Virus record (IMG/VR): IMGVR_UViG_3300028832_000138
Span: 3,747-67,746 of that record
Length of the DNA: 64,000 nt
Strand: one strand, 5' to 3'
Origin: a virus
Taxonomy: Duplodnaviria > Caudoviricetes
The translations under genes and the position numbers were made by a program. Shown here one piece after another: positions 46,270-55,346 of the stretch. The first letter of the stretch is position 1. Each line of letters starts with the position of its first letter. The notes under the pieces were generated by a model, which was not told the origin of the DNA, made no database searches, and saw nothing but the letters and a program-made list of their open reading frames with translations.

Positions 46270-47106
46270 TTAGTCTAAATTTACTTTTACTACTGAATTG
46301 ACTAATTTTTCATTTTCATTGTAAGAAGATTCTAAAGCTATACCAATTGTATTTCTTGGACTTCCTACTGGTTTTACTTGGGCTATTCCTGGTATATCGG
46401 ATAGCATCAACTTGTCAAATTTATTTACTTTGCCAATTACTCTTACTGGTGTTTTTCCAACTAATGCAACTGGTAAAGAATTTTGTAATCCGCTATCTAA
46501 TAAATATCCTGGTCTTTCTGAAATTATACCATTACATACTGTGTCGGCTATTGTAATATCTTTAACTCCACCAAATTTTATTAGAGTGCCAATCGGATAA
46601 TTACAATCTGTTTCATAATTTTCAGCTAAGTCAGCCCACAAAGCTCTACTCGCTGTCCCTTGTATTGTGTTTGAAAAAGTCCAATTACCACCAGCAGTTA
46701 CATCACCAGTAGAATTACTTATTGAAAGTGGTCTATAACTATTCCAAGTCCCATATTGATCACCGCTGTCTGTCAATAAAAAGTATGTAGCACTACCATC
46801 ATTTCGTATAAAAAATCCATAGTTGCCACTAATAGCTCTAAATTGGCCATATGGAGATGCAGCTGTTACAATAACTTCTTTATTGTGTTTTGTAATATCA
46901 CTAAATGTTTTTTGACCAGTTATTGTTTCTGTACTTGCTTTATGAACAACATTGTCAGATTTATCAATTTTGTGACCACCAACAGTTGAGCCATCATGTA
47001 CTCTAAATGTGTTGGTTGTTGTATCCATAGTTATTTCACCAGGAGCACCAGTGAAGATACTATTTTGATATTCTGTTCCTCTACGTAATTGAATTTGAAT
47101 AGACAT
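46270..47106 (-). CDS. short tail fibre: Mtd_N-like N-terminus plus peptidase G2-like C-terminal domain
   Basis: IQLRRGT...GAPGEITMD..HDGSTVGG; ETITGQKTF; LWADLAENYE. Confidence 0.75.
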   Translation of the reverse strand: MSIQIQLRRGTEYQNSIFTGAPGEITMDTTTNTFRVHDGSTVGGHKIDKSDNVVHKASTETITGQKTFSDITKHNKEVIVTAASPYGQFRAISGNYGFFIRNDGSATYFLLTDSGDQYGTWNSYRPLSISNSTGDVTAGGNWTFSNTIQGTASRALWADLAENYETDCNYPIGTLIKFGGVKDITIADTVCNGIISERPGYLLDSGLQNSLPVALVGKTPVRVIGKVNKFDKLMLSDIPGIAQVKPVGSPRNTIGIALESSYNENEKLVNSVVKVNLD

Positions 47107-47133
47107 AAAATTTTCCTTATAGATTTATGTTAT

Positions 47134-47141
47134 ATAGAACT
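47134..47141 (-). promoter_or_regulatory. AGTTCTAT motif upstream of 46270..47106
   Basis: Exact motif overlapping the upstream TAG, 27 nt before the ATG. Confidence 0.7.
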
Positions 47142-47403
47142 ATTTTTTCTTCAATCTTTTACTTTTTATCCACCACATTAAACTATTGAAAGTTGATTCA
47201 AACCACGTCTTTACAGTAAATGCTTCTATTACATCTAAATAATTTGCTTTAAAAATCTGAGTAGAACCATCTTCAAATCTCATTTTTATGCAACCAAAAT
47301 ATTTAGATCTTTTATTTGTAATCTCATAGACATATATTACTTGATCCAAACAAATAAGATATTCAGAGTTGGTTACTGGACAAAATAATATAATTGTTCT
47401 CAT
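47140..47403 (-). CDS. hypothetical protein
   Basis: 87 aa, 2 nt after the LRR gene stop. Confidence 0.7.
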   Translation of the reverse strand: MRTIILFCPVTNSEYLICLDQVIYVYEITNKRSKYFGCIKMRFEDGSTQIFKANYLDVIEAFTVKTWFESTFNSLMWWIKSKRLKKK

Positions 47404-47405
47404 TT

Positions 47406-48329
47406 TTATTGATCATATAATACTGAAATATTGCTGCCACCAAAACCTGTACTAAAATCTGCTAAGTTTTCTACAGTTGATTGTATAGATGCTGGAAAAT
47501 GAACTGTTGTACCATCACATTCTTTCAACATATCCATAAAACTTCTATCAGATGAATAATTAGCAAATGTGGTTGTGGTAACTGCAGGAAAATATAAATC
47601 AGTAAGATATCCACACCCATAGAATGCATTTCTAAGAGAATATTGAGCAACTGTAGTAAGAGCAGTAAAACTCATCGTTACAAGACTTGTATAACTAAAC
47701 GCAGAAGCAAAACTACTCATCCCTATTGTTTCTAATGAACTAAGATCAACAGTAGTCAAAGCACTTGAACCTGAAAAAGCACTATTAAAAGAACTTTGCC
47801 CAGTTACAGATTGTAATAAAGGTGCTTCAAATGTTGTAAGTCTTGGTAATTGAGAAAACTTCTGTTGAAAACAAATGGATGTAGAAACAGTTTGTAATTT
47901 ATCAAACTTAATAGATTCAAGCATTGGACAATCATGTAAATCTGAATATGTAAAAGGAGGGTAACCATTTTCAGGTGATATTTCCTCTAATTCAGTAAAT
48001 TCAAACCCAGTAATGTTAGTATTTTTAAAACAATCATCCATTGCGTGTTGTGTGAATCTCTTCATACCTAATTTTACAACACCTGTAATATTTGGATTAT
48101 TCATAAACATTTCTTTTAATTGTTCATCTCTTGAAAAATACCAAATATCACTCATATCTACAGTACCTGAACCAGTTGCATCATGAAGATAACCAAACAT
48201 ATCAACATTACCAATATAACCATCAACATCTACACCATATTTTTTAGGTTTTAATTCAACTACAGTTTGATGAGAAGGTTGAAATGTAGGTGTTGTATTA
48301 TTATGAACATTGCCTATGATTACTTTCAT
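47406..48329 (-). CDS. BspA-type leucine-rich repeat protein
   Basis: About 25-aa repeats such as LTTVDLSSLETIGMSSFASAF; N-terminal KKYGVDVDGYIGNVD. Confidence 0.8.
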   Translation of the reverse strand: MKVIIGNVHNNTTPTFQPSHQTVVELKPKKYGVDVDGYIGNVDMFGYLHDATGSGTVDMSDIWYFSRDEQLKEMFMNNPNITGVVKLGMKRFTQHAMDDCFKNTNITGFEFTELEEISPENGYPPFTYSDLHDCPMLESIKFDKLQTVSTSICFQQKFSQLPRLTTFEAPLLQSVTGQSSFNSAFSGSSALTTVDLSSLETIGMSSFASAFSYTSLVTMSFTALTTVAQYSLRNAFYGCGYLTDLYFPAVTTTTFANYSSDRSFMDMLKECDGTTVHFPASIQSTVENLADFSTGFGGSNISVLYDQ

Positions 48330-48346
48330 TTTATTTTCTCCATGAA

Positions 48347-49096
48347 TTATAAATCAAATACTAATGCACCAGCTCCAAAATTACCATTATAAGGTGGTGT
48401 ATATGATGTTTGAGCATTATAACCATACATACTTGAAATAACAGTACTTACTGATGGATCTAATGCTGCTGGAAAATGCACAGTACAACCAGATGGGAAT
48501 GGTGCTCCATTACTTGCAATCATAAATGCATTTGTAGATGTTGTTGTTAGTGCTGGAAAATCTATTCTTTGTAGGCTTGTGCAACCTTCAAAGGCATTAC
48601 TAAAACAATAACTACCAGATATTTCTTGTAATGATGTAAATTTTACAGTAGTCAAATTAGTACAACCTTTACAAATAGCTGCAACACTAGAACCAGCATT
48701 ACTTGTAATTGTAACTAAATCACTCATATCTAATTCAACTAATCCAGTACAGCCTTGTAAAACTTCACCCATAGCTGCCCAAGTATCTAATGTTGTAAGA
48801 TTATGAAATACTGCTTTTGTTATATTAGGACAATTTTCAAAAGTATAATTTAACCCATATTGATCAATTGTGGTTATATATAAATCTAATTGACCAGCCA
48901 TAGCTGAACCTCTAAATCTTCCACAAAGTCCATAAGCATCTACAATTCTAAGACCTGTAAGATCTGGCATAACTGTTGAAGTGGGGCCTAATAATCTACC
49001 ATTTGAATCCAATGGGCCAATAAATGCATTAACAGGAGCACCATACATTGTTGAACCACCTGTTGATACACTTTTTTGAATAGAATTTATAATCAT
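48347..49096 (-). CDS. BspA-type leucine-rich repeat protein
   Basis: CTNLTTVKFTSLQEISGSYCFSNAFEGCTSL repeats. Confidence 0.8.
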   Translation of the reverse strand: MIINSIQKSVSTGGSTMYGAPVNAFIGPLDSNGRLLGPTSTVMPDLTGLRIVDAYGLCGRFRGSAMAGQLDLYITTIDQYGLNYTFENCPNITKAVFHNLTTLDTWAAMGEVLQGCTGLVELDMSDLVTITSNAGSSVAAICKGCTNLTTVKFTSLQEISGSYCFSNAFEGCTSLQRIDFPALTTTSTNAFMIASNGAPFPSGCTVHFPAALDPSVSTVISSMYGYNAQTSYTPPYNGNFGAGALVFDL

Positions 49097-49120
49097 AGTT
49101 TCATGCTCCGTGTTTTATAA

Positions 49121-49468
49121 TTATTTATTTGTTTGATGATAAGGGTACATTTCGTGAATTTTATTTGACAATTCAATTACCTGTTGAACATATTTTGCTT
49201 CATCTTCTTCTGTCCATTCATTTAGAACTGTTTTTCTAAGTTTTTCAGAATGTAGTCCATCAATCTCTTTTTCATATGCTTGCTTTCTTAACTCTTTCAA
49301 TTCTTCATTAGTATAAGCAGAGACATGTTCGGTTTTTGGCTCTACTATTACTAAATCATCAGAAACTCTTGTTATCTTTGCATTATTTTTATTACACCAA
49401 ACAGCAAGTTCTCTTGGGTATGTTTTATAAAATCTTTGTCCAATAAAAAATGGTTCTGTATTGTTCAT
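49121..49468 (-). CDS. fibre-associated protein, possibly a chaperone (YPRELAVWCN type with a helical extension)
   Basis: Paralog of 2990..3232. Confidence 0.7.
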   Translation of the reverse strand: MNNTEPFFIGQRFYKTYPRELAVWCNKNNAKITRVSDDLVIVEPKTEHVSAYTNEELKELRKQAYEKEIDGLHSEKLRKTVLNEWTEEDEAKYVQQVIELSNKIHEMYPYHQTNK

Positions 49469-49471
49469 TTC

Positions 49472-49669
49472 TTATTTCCTTTGCATTTCTTTTAATGCTT
49501 TTGCTGATATTATTTTATAATATTCATTCTTTGGCATATCTTGAATTGATTTATATTGTCTTTTCTCTACCTTGCTTTTATCATCAACCGTTGTAACAAT
49601 TACACCTTTATCACAAGTTGTTATTATGTATATTTTATTACCTGCCATAACTATTTTAGTGTTATTCAT
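49472..49669 (-). CDS. small hypothetical protein
   Basis: 65 aa, tightly packed in the operon. Confidence 0.65.
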   Translation of the reverse strand: MNNTKIVMAGNKIYIITTCDKGVIVTTVDDKSKVEKRQYKSIQDMPKNEYYKIISAKALKEMQRK

Positions 49670-49671
49670 AA

Positions 49672-50052
49672 TTATTTATTCCACTCTTCTAAAGTTAATG
49701 GATTTGATTCCCACCAATTTTCTTGTTCTGTATAATCTAACAAATATCGTCTGTAATTTAAGATTTTTTCTTTATCTGTTTCAGGCATTTCTGAAAATCT
49801 TATTTGATTGCTAATTATTGGATCTACATATTGCTCTAAATAACTATTACGAATACTACGAACTCTATTTTGTTCTGATTCAATAGCACGTGGATCATCT
49901 CTCAAAAGATATTCTTCTCCACACATTACATAATCACTTACTTGATGTTCATTATCTTCTACAGTAGTCAAATCTGGATGAAACTTTTGATCAATTGCGT
50001 TCCATTCTTCAACTACACCTACGATTTTTTGTTCTTTCATTACTTTTAACAT
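49672..50052 (-). CDS. tail fibre assembly chaperone
   Basis: RVRSIRNSYLE...YRRYLLDY...NPLTLEEW; paralog of 6319..6741. Confidence 0.7.
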   Translation of the reverse strand: MLKVMKEQKIVGVVEEWNAIDQKFHPDLTTVEDNEHQVSDYVMCGEEYLLRDDPRAIESEQNRVRSIRNSYLEQYVDPIISNQIRFSEMPETDKEKILNYRRYLLDYTEQENWWESNPLTLEEWNK

Positions 50053-50068
50053 TTATAACTCCTTGTTA

Positions 50069-51343
50069 TTAGTTTATATCTGGTCCTGCAGTATATGAAC
50101 CTGTCCCTGAGTTGTAATACAGTGTTTGCATAACTGCATTATATAAACACGCAACATTGGATTCATCTTTGGCAGGTTGCATATCCATAATTAGATTGTT
50201 GTTACTATCCCAAATCTTGAACGCATATAATTGCCCTGTTGTTCCAGCACCACCTGGTGTACCGTTGTTATTCAACCCAGTTAAATACAGTTCACGTGAT
50301 ACTGTTCCTGTTGGTGTAAATGTATGTGTCCCAACAACCGTTCCATTTCGGGTCAATGTTACCACCGAATTTTCAACCTCAAATTCCCAAATGTCATTTT
50401 GGGCAATCGTGGTATTTAGCGACCAACGATTTGCAGAATTATTTCCACCAAACCAATCAACTGTGACTGTTTGATTTGTAATATTCAGATTGAACTGTGC
50501 ACCATCATAGGTCGCAACTCTTGCCCCAAACGGAAGAAACCCACTTGCATTTCCTGTGATTTTTGCTTTGCAATAAATGTGCATATTTGATGCTGGTTTA
50601 ATATTCGTTCTGATATACTGGGTGTTGGATGTTCCCTCTATATATTCAACCAATGTATGTTCTGGTGGAGTGTAATCCGTATTCCCCTCGGCATAATAAA
50701 AACGCAACGCAAAATCAGGATCAGTTGCTGTTGATTCATATGTCACAAAAACAGTATCACCCTTTCTGACTGGAATTGAAACATAACGTCTATAACTTGC
50801 CAGTGCACCCATAGCCATCGCTGCTGATTTATTTACCGCAATATAATCGTTGTTTGACCGCAAAAGCAAATACAAACGATTACCTGCTATAGCTGCAATA
50901 ATACCTTCTAACGTGAACCAACCGTTCGCTGGTGCAATATAACTTGTTCCGTTCCCCAACAATCTTATCTGTTCGTATCTTTCGCCAAAATAACCCAACT
51001 TTGATATGTAGGTCATTCCGACATCCGTAAAGTTATCGGCATCGGTATTCGCTTTATTTACTAATAATCTATCCACTTCTGCTGCAGTATAAACACGACC
51101 TATTTCTCCAGCTGCATCTGTAATATAACATAACCATTCGGGATGTGTGTTCGCAACATCTTGTGCTGTAAATTCTGCATAAGTACCAGTCCAAATGTAT
51201 ACAGGATTTGTAGCCCCTTGTGCTTGATTCTTATTTACTGTTCCGATAGATTGTAATGAATTGTAAGTATTTGCAGAAATAGTATCCCCATCTACGGAAA
51301 CATTTGAAACTGCTAAATAATTACTTCCTTGCTTTATACTCAT
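50069..51343 (-). CDS. fibre/adhesin cassette protein with a lectin-like C-terminal domain
   Basis: Shared HPEWxCYITD N-terminal domain; YIAPANGWF domain; EYIEG...QYI...LYAFKIW beta-rich C-terminus. Confidence 0.65.
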   Translation of the reverse strand: MSIKQGSNYLAVSNVSVDGDTISANTYNSLQSIGTVNKNQAQGATNPVYIWTGTYAEFTAQDVANTHPEWLCYITDAAGEIGRVYTAAEVDRLLVNKANTDADNFTDVGMTYISKLGYFGERYEQIRLLGNGTSYIAPANGWFTLEGIIAAIAGNRLYLLLRSNNDYIAVNKSAAMAMGALASYRRYVSIPVRKGDTVFVTYESTATDPDFALRFYYAEGNTDYTPPEHTLVEYIEGTSNTQYIRTNIKPASNMHIYCKAKITGNASGFLPFGARVATYDGAQFNLNITNQTVTVDWFGGNNSANRWSLNTTIAQNDIWEFEVENSVVTLTRNGTVVGTHTFTPTGTVSRELYLTGLNNNGTPGGAGTTGQLYAFKIWDSNNNLIMDMQPAKDESNVACLYNAVMQTLYYNSGTGSYTAGPDIN

Positions 51344-51354
51344 TTCAATTTCCT

Positions 51355-52002
51355 TTATGGATTAGTTGGATTACCTTCTGCATAGATAAATGTCAATTCG
51401 CTTCCTGTTGTTGCTAATGCACCCGAATCCCAAGATATTGTAATTACATCACCTTCTTTCACCCAATGATTCATATATTGATTTTTGCCCTGCATATTAT
51501 TTGTAATAACAACATATTCTGTATAGATATCAGACACAGATGATAAGGTAACCGTTTTCGTTGCACCTGCACTAGAACATTTCATCTTAAATGCAAACAT
51601 TCCATTTGCAGGTGCGGTATAAGTATTTCCACTTGCCAATAATGTAACTGTTTCATATCTATCACTTGGCATCCCTAACCCTGAAATAGTTATTGAATCC
51701 GTATCATCATTTTTCTTAAAGAATCTTGCATCCGCTTGGTTGACATTATAAACAGCACCAACCCCAGTACCTTGATCATCTGTGATATAACATATCCACT
51801 CGGGGTGTAGTGTTTCTATATCTTGAGCAACATACTCAGCAGTTGTGCCGACCCAATCATATTTTACAGCATCAGCACCAGTTGCAGTATTTTTATTTAT
51901 ATTTCCAACTGATTGTAAAGCACCGTTTGTGTTATATGTTACAGAAGTACTATCTATAGGAGTAATACCAGCAATAAGTTGACCATTTTTAATAATTGAC
52001 AT
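51355..52002 (-). CDS. fibre cassette paralog
   Basis: HPEWICYITDD N-terminal domain plus PSDRY...YTAPANGMF domain. Confidence 0.7.
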   Translation of the reverse strand: MSIIKNGQLIAGITPIDSTSVTYNTNGALQSVGNINKNTATGADAVKYDWVGTTAEYVAQDIETLHPEWICYITDDQGTGVGAVYNVNQADARFFKKNDDTDSITISGLGMPSDRYETVTLLASGNTYTAPANGMFAFKMKCSSAGATKTVTLSSVSDIYTEYVVITNNMQGKNQYMNHWVKEGDVITISWDSGALATTGSELTFIYAEGNPTNP

Positions 52003-52004
52003 GA

Positions 52005-52667
52005 TTACACTCCTACTACTCTTGCTTTACCTTTTACTTCCCAAACTGCTAAACTACTTGTTCCTGAACCATTTTCTGAAAGATATTGTCTAACATTTAC
52101 TGTTGTGGTACTAGTTAGTTCTCCAAAAATAATTCTATATGCCCAACCTGCTGTACTTCCATTACCTAAAGTTAAATCATAAGATAAATTTACTAATACT
52201 GGATAATTTGTATTTGCCATTTCTATTAATAAACTTTCTTCTTTATTATCAGTAGTTACACCAGTAGTATTAGTAAAATTTGAAGTTCTTCCACCTTGTT
52301 CAACCCAATCATCAGCATATAATCTATACCAACTCCAATTATTAGCAGAAGTAGGTTCTTGATATTCAATTACTTCATGAGTACCTTTCAAAACAAATCT
52401 ATTATTACATTCAGATTTTGTATAAACACTAACACCGCCTTGTATATCATCAGTTATATAACAAATCCATTCAGGATGTAATGTTGCAATGTTTTGATCT
52501 ATATATTGTTGTAATGTTCCTTCCCAATCATATAATACAGCGGTAGCACCTGAAGCACTATTTGGATTTACAGTGCCTATTGCCTGAATCTCATTATTAG
52601 TATTTTGGTTTATAGTAAGTCCATCTAATACTATTGAACCACTAACTGTACTTGGGTTTATAATCAT
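52005..52667 (-). CDS. fibre cassette paralog with a gp53-like C-terminal domain
   Basis: HPEWICYITDD N-terminal domain; WYRLYADDWVEQGG shared with 2493..2990. Confidence 0.7.
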   Translation of the reverse strand: MIINPSTVSGSIVLDGLTINQNTNNEIQAIGTVNPNSASGATAVLYDWEGTLQQYIDQNIATLHPEWICYITDDIQGGVSVYTKSECNNRFVLKGTHEVIEYQEPTSANNWSWYRLYADDWVEQGGRTSNFTNTTGVTTDNKEESLLIEMANTNYPVLVNLSYDLTLGNGSTAGWAYRIIFGELTSTTTVNVRQYLSENGSGTSSLAVWEVKGKARVVGV

Positions 52668-52674
52668 TTCTCAA

Positions 52675-53424
52675 TTACCCCATTATAAGAATATTTGCAG
52701 TTATATTTGTTGAAGGAACTGTAGAGCAAACAAATGTCAATGAATTAGTGCCTTGAGCATAACAAATAATATTAGCAGCACTCCATTCATCAATATCAGT
52801 AGGAGCAGCACTAACAATTAAATTGGTATTACTATCTATGCCATTTACTGTAATCGTTTGTGATACTAAACCTGTGTTTGGATCTACCACCCAATAAGTA
52901 TTACCACCTAATAATGTGCCAGTCCTTCCTTCTGTTCCATTTTGAACTTTTATATTTTTCCATACAAAATCATTTGATTCATAAAAACATTCATAGAAAT
53001 AACCATGTGTAAAATCATTAGTAGTAGCACCAATATATTGATAAATTTTACCTATTAATGTATTTCTTGTACTAACAGTTGTTTCTTGTTCAGTATAGGA
53101 AGTATCTGCCCAAATAACTGCTCCAGCAGTAGGTTCAGAAGTGCCAACAGTATAGAATGGATCATTATTTCTTTCCCATTCAACTCTATTATTTACAGTA
53201 TCAACTTGAACAAAATTATATGTTTTATTATCAGCACCTTTTAAATATGTAACAAAGAATTCAGGCATTACGTCAGTTGCTTCTACATAACCATCATCAT
53301 CTGTAATAATGGATATATCTGGTGTGGTAATTTCACCTGTAGTTACAGCTTGTAAATATTCTGCTTTCGTAAGTTTATTTATATGAAATTCTTGTATTGT
53401 TGTTGCTGTTGAATAACTTGGCAT
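52675..53424 (-). CDS. putative virion fibre/accessory protein
   Basis: KIYQYIG...GYFYEC; C-terminal domain shared with the giant protein ending at 57542. Confidence 0.6.
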   Translation of the reverse strand: MPSYSTATTIQEFHINKLTKAEYLQAVTTGEITTPDISIITDDDGYVEATDVMPEFFVTYLKGADNKTYNFVQVDTVNNRVEWERNNDPFYTVGTSEPTAGAVIWADTSYTEQETTVSTRNTLIGKIYQYIGATTNDFTHGYFYECFYESNDFVWKNIKVQNGTEGRTGTLLGGNTYWVVDPNTGLVSQTITVNGIDSNTNLIVSAAPTDIDEWSAANIICYAQGTNSLTFVCSTVPSTNITANILIMG

Positions 53425-53456
53425 TTTTTACTTCCTTATTTTTACTTATATTTATT

Positions 53457-55328
53457 TTATGCTCCACAGGAATATACATAGCCTAAAGAATTTGTACATT
53501 CTGGATCACTGTAATATTCATCGTGCTGACTCCATGGTTCACCATCACAATGACTTGTTGTTCCAGTTCTTTGATATATCTTCTTTGTATAAACCGTTGT
53601 AGATACTCCAGATACTGTCTTTGTCCAAGCAAGTGAGGTTAATGTACTTTTTGTTGGATCTCTGTCATATATTGTATCTGTAGATATTTGACTTGATGTA
53701 ACAATATATTTATAACCCCAAACAATTGATGAACCACTAGGTAATCCCATAGACATTATAATTTCTGCATCTGTTCTACCATTTCTAAATGCACTTTGAA
53801 CTTGTCTATTGATATGAAATCTTATTGGATTCATATTAGAATATCTTGAATCATTTATATTCAACATATTTTGCCAATAAGCATTCCCTAATGTTCCAAG
53901 ACCAGCGGTTGTTAGATTATCAAACCATATATCAGTCAATGATGTACAACCATCTATCATATAATGGAACACACCTGGAGTTGGACAATTTGAAAAATTT
54001 ATCTTACTTGAAAACATTAATTCTTTCATACTAGAGCAACCATCAAATGCAGATAAGAATGGAGCATCTGTTTCTAAAGTTGAATCTGGATTTTTTATAG
54101 TAAGTTGCCCACCTTTGAACTGTGCATACTCTAAATCTGTACATCCATTGAACATATTACTACATACATTTATACCTTGAAGTTCATATAATGAAGGAAA
54201 TTCAATATATGTAAGTCCTGAATTTTGGAACATATAATATGCACCATTATCACCTTTAATATCATCTAAATCTTCAAAATCAATTGTTTGTAATGAAGGT
54301 GTGTTAGCAAAAGCAAATGATGCAACTGAATTACCTTGTAAAGTTGTCAAATCATGAACATCTATATACGATAAATTAGTACAATCTTCAAAAGTATTTG
54401 ATAATGCACTATTACCTTCTACTGTAACTAAAGCACCTAAATTTACAGTTTCAACACTACTATTTTGAAACGTCACGTTCATTGCAGAATTCCCAGTCAC
54501 ATTTGCTAAAAGATGCATATCAACTGTTTCTAATGAATCTGTATGAGAAAATGCTTCACATAATACTTGTGATCCTTCAACTGTATATAATTTTGGCATA
54601 CTAATAGATACTAAATTATCACAATTAAAGAAAGAATCCATAAATACTTCATTACCTGTAATAGTTTCTAAATTTGGAAATGATAAATTGGAAATATGAC
54701 TTTGATAACCCATTCTATAGCATGCTCTATAACCAGATACTGCTTCTAATGAATCAAATTCTAAACTTGATAAGTAGCCACATCCATAAAATGCTTCCAG
54801 AAATACTTGTTCACCACTTATTGAAGTTAAATTTGGAAATGATACTGTATAAAGATTTGAACAACTTTTGAATGCTCTATAAAATGATTTTGCACCTGTT
54901 ATAGTTTCTAATAATGGAAATGATGCTGTAGTTAAATTACCACAAAGTTCACAAACAGATTGAAATGTTCCTTCATTGCCTAAATTTACGAGATCAGAAC
55001 ATTCAAAACCAGTAATAGTTGAATTATGAAAACAATTTTTTAAGGTATAATTATGAAGTGGATTAGTAAGACCAAATTTTACAGTACCCGTAATATATTG
55101 CTGATTCATAAATTTATATTCAAATTGGTTATCTCTTAAAAAACCTTTTACTTCTGAAAAATCTGGAGTACCTGTATAGTTTGGATTTATTAGTGTATGT
55201 GTATTATCAACATTACCAATATATCCATTGACAGTTAGACCATATTTTTTCTTTTCATAGTAATAGGTACCTTTATTTATAATTGGTACACTATCATTAT
55301 AATTTGTTCCTATAACTAACCTAGACAT
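53457..55328 (-). CDS. long BspA-type leucine-rich repeat protein
   Basis: Many tandem Lxxx(F/L)PxLxxIxGxxxFxxxF repeats; KKYGLTVNGYIGNVD N-terminus. Confidence 0.85.
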   Translation of the reverse strand: MSRLVIGTNYNDSVPIINKGTYYYEKKKYGLTVNGYIGNVDNTHTLINPNYTGTPDFSEVKGFLRDNQFEYKFMNQQYITGTVKFGLTNPLHNYTLKNCFHNSTITGFECSDLVNLGNEGTFQSVCELCGNLTTASFPLLETITGAKSFYRAFKSCSNLYTVSFPNLTSISGEQVFLEAFYGCGYLSSLEFDSLEAVSGYRACYRMGYQSHISNLSFPNLETITGNEVFMDSFFNCDNLVSISMPKLYTVEGSQVLCEAFSHTDSLETVDMHLLANVTGNSAMNVTFQNSSVETVNLGALVTVEGNSALSNTFEDCTNLSYIDVHDLTTLQGNSVASFAFANTPSLQTIDFEDLDDIKGDNGAYYMFQNSGLTYIEFPSLYELQGINVCSNMFNGCTDLEYAQFKGGQLTIKNPDSTLETDAPFLSAFDGCSSMKELMFSSKINFSNCPTPGVFHYMIDGCTSLTDIWFDNLTTAGLGTLGNAYWQNMLNINDSRYSNMNPIRFHINRQVQSAFRNGRTDAEIIMSMGLPSGSSIVWGYKYIVTSSQISTDTIYDRDPTKSTLTSLAWTKTVSGVSTTVYTKKIYQRTGTTSHCDGEPWSQHDEYYSDPECTNSLGYVYSCGA

Positions 55329-55346
55329 ATTATACTCCAGATATTA

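Noticed and set aside
2493-47106. Diversity-generating retroelement, suggested by the Mtd-like N-termini
   Set aside because: Only the N-terminal anchor is Mtd-like. I saw no reverse transcriptase and no template/variable repeat pair with adenine-specific mismatches. A DGR elsewhere in the genome is not excluded.
49093-49110. Three-codon uORF (MKL*) overlapping the LRR gene start
   Set aside because: The GGAG SD is 1 nt from the uORF ATG but 9 nt from the LRR ATG, so it serves the main gene.
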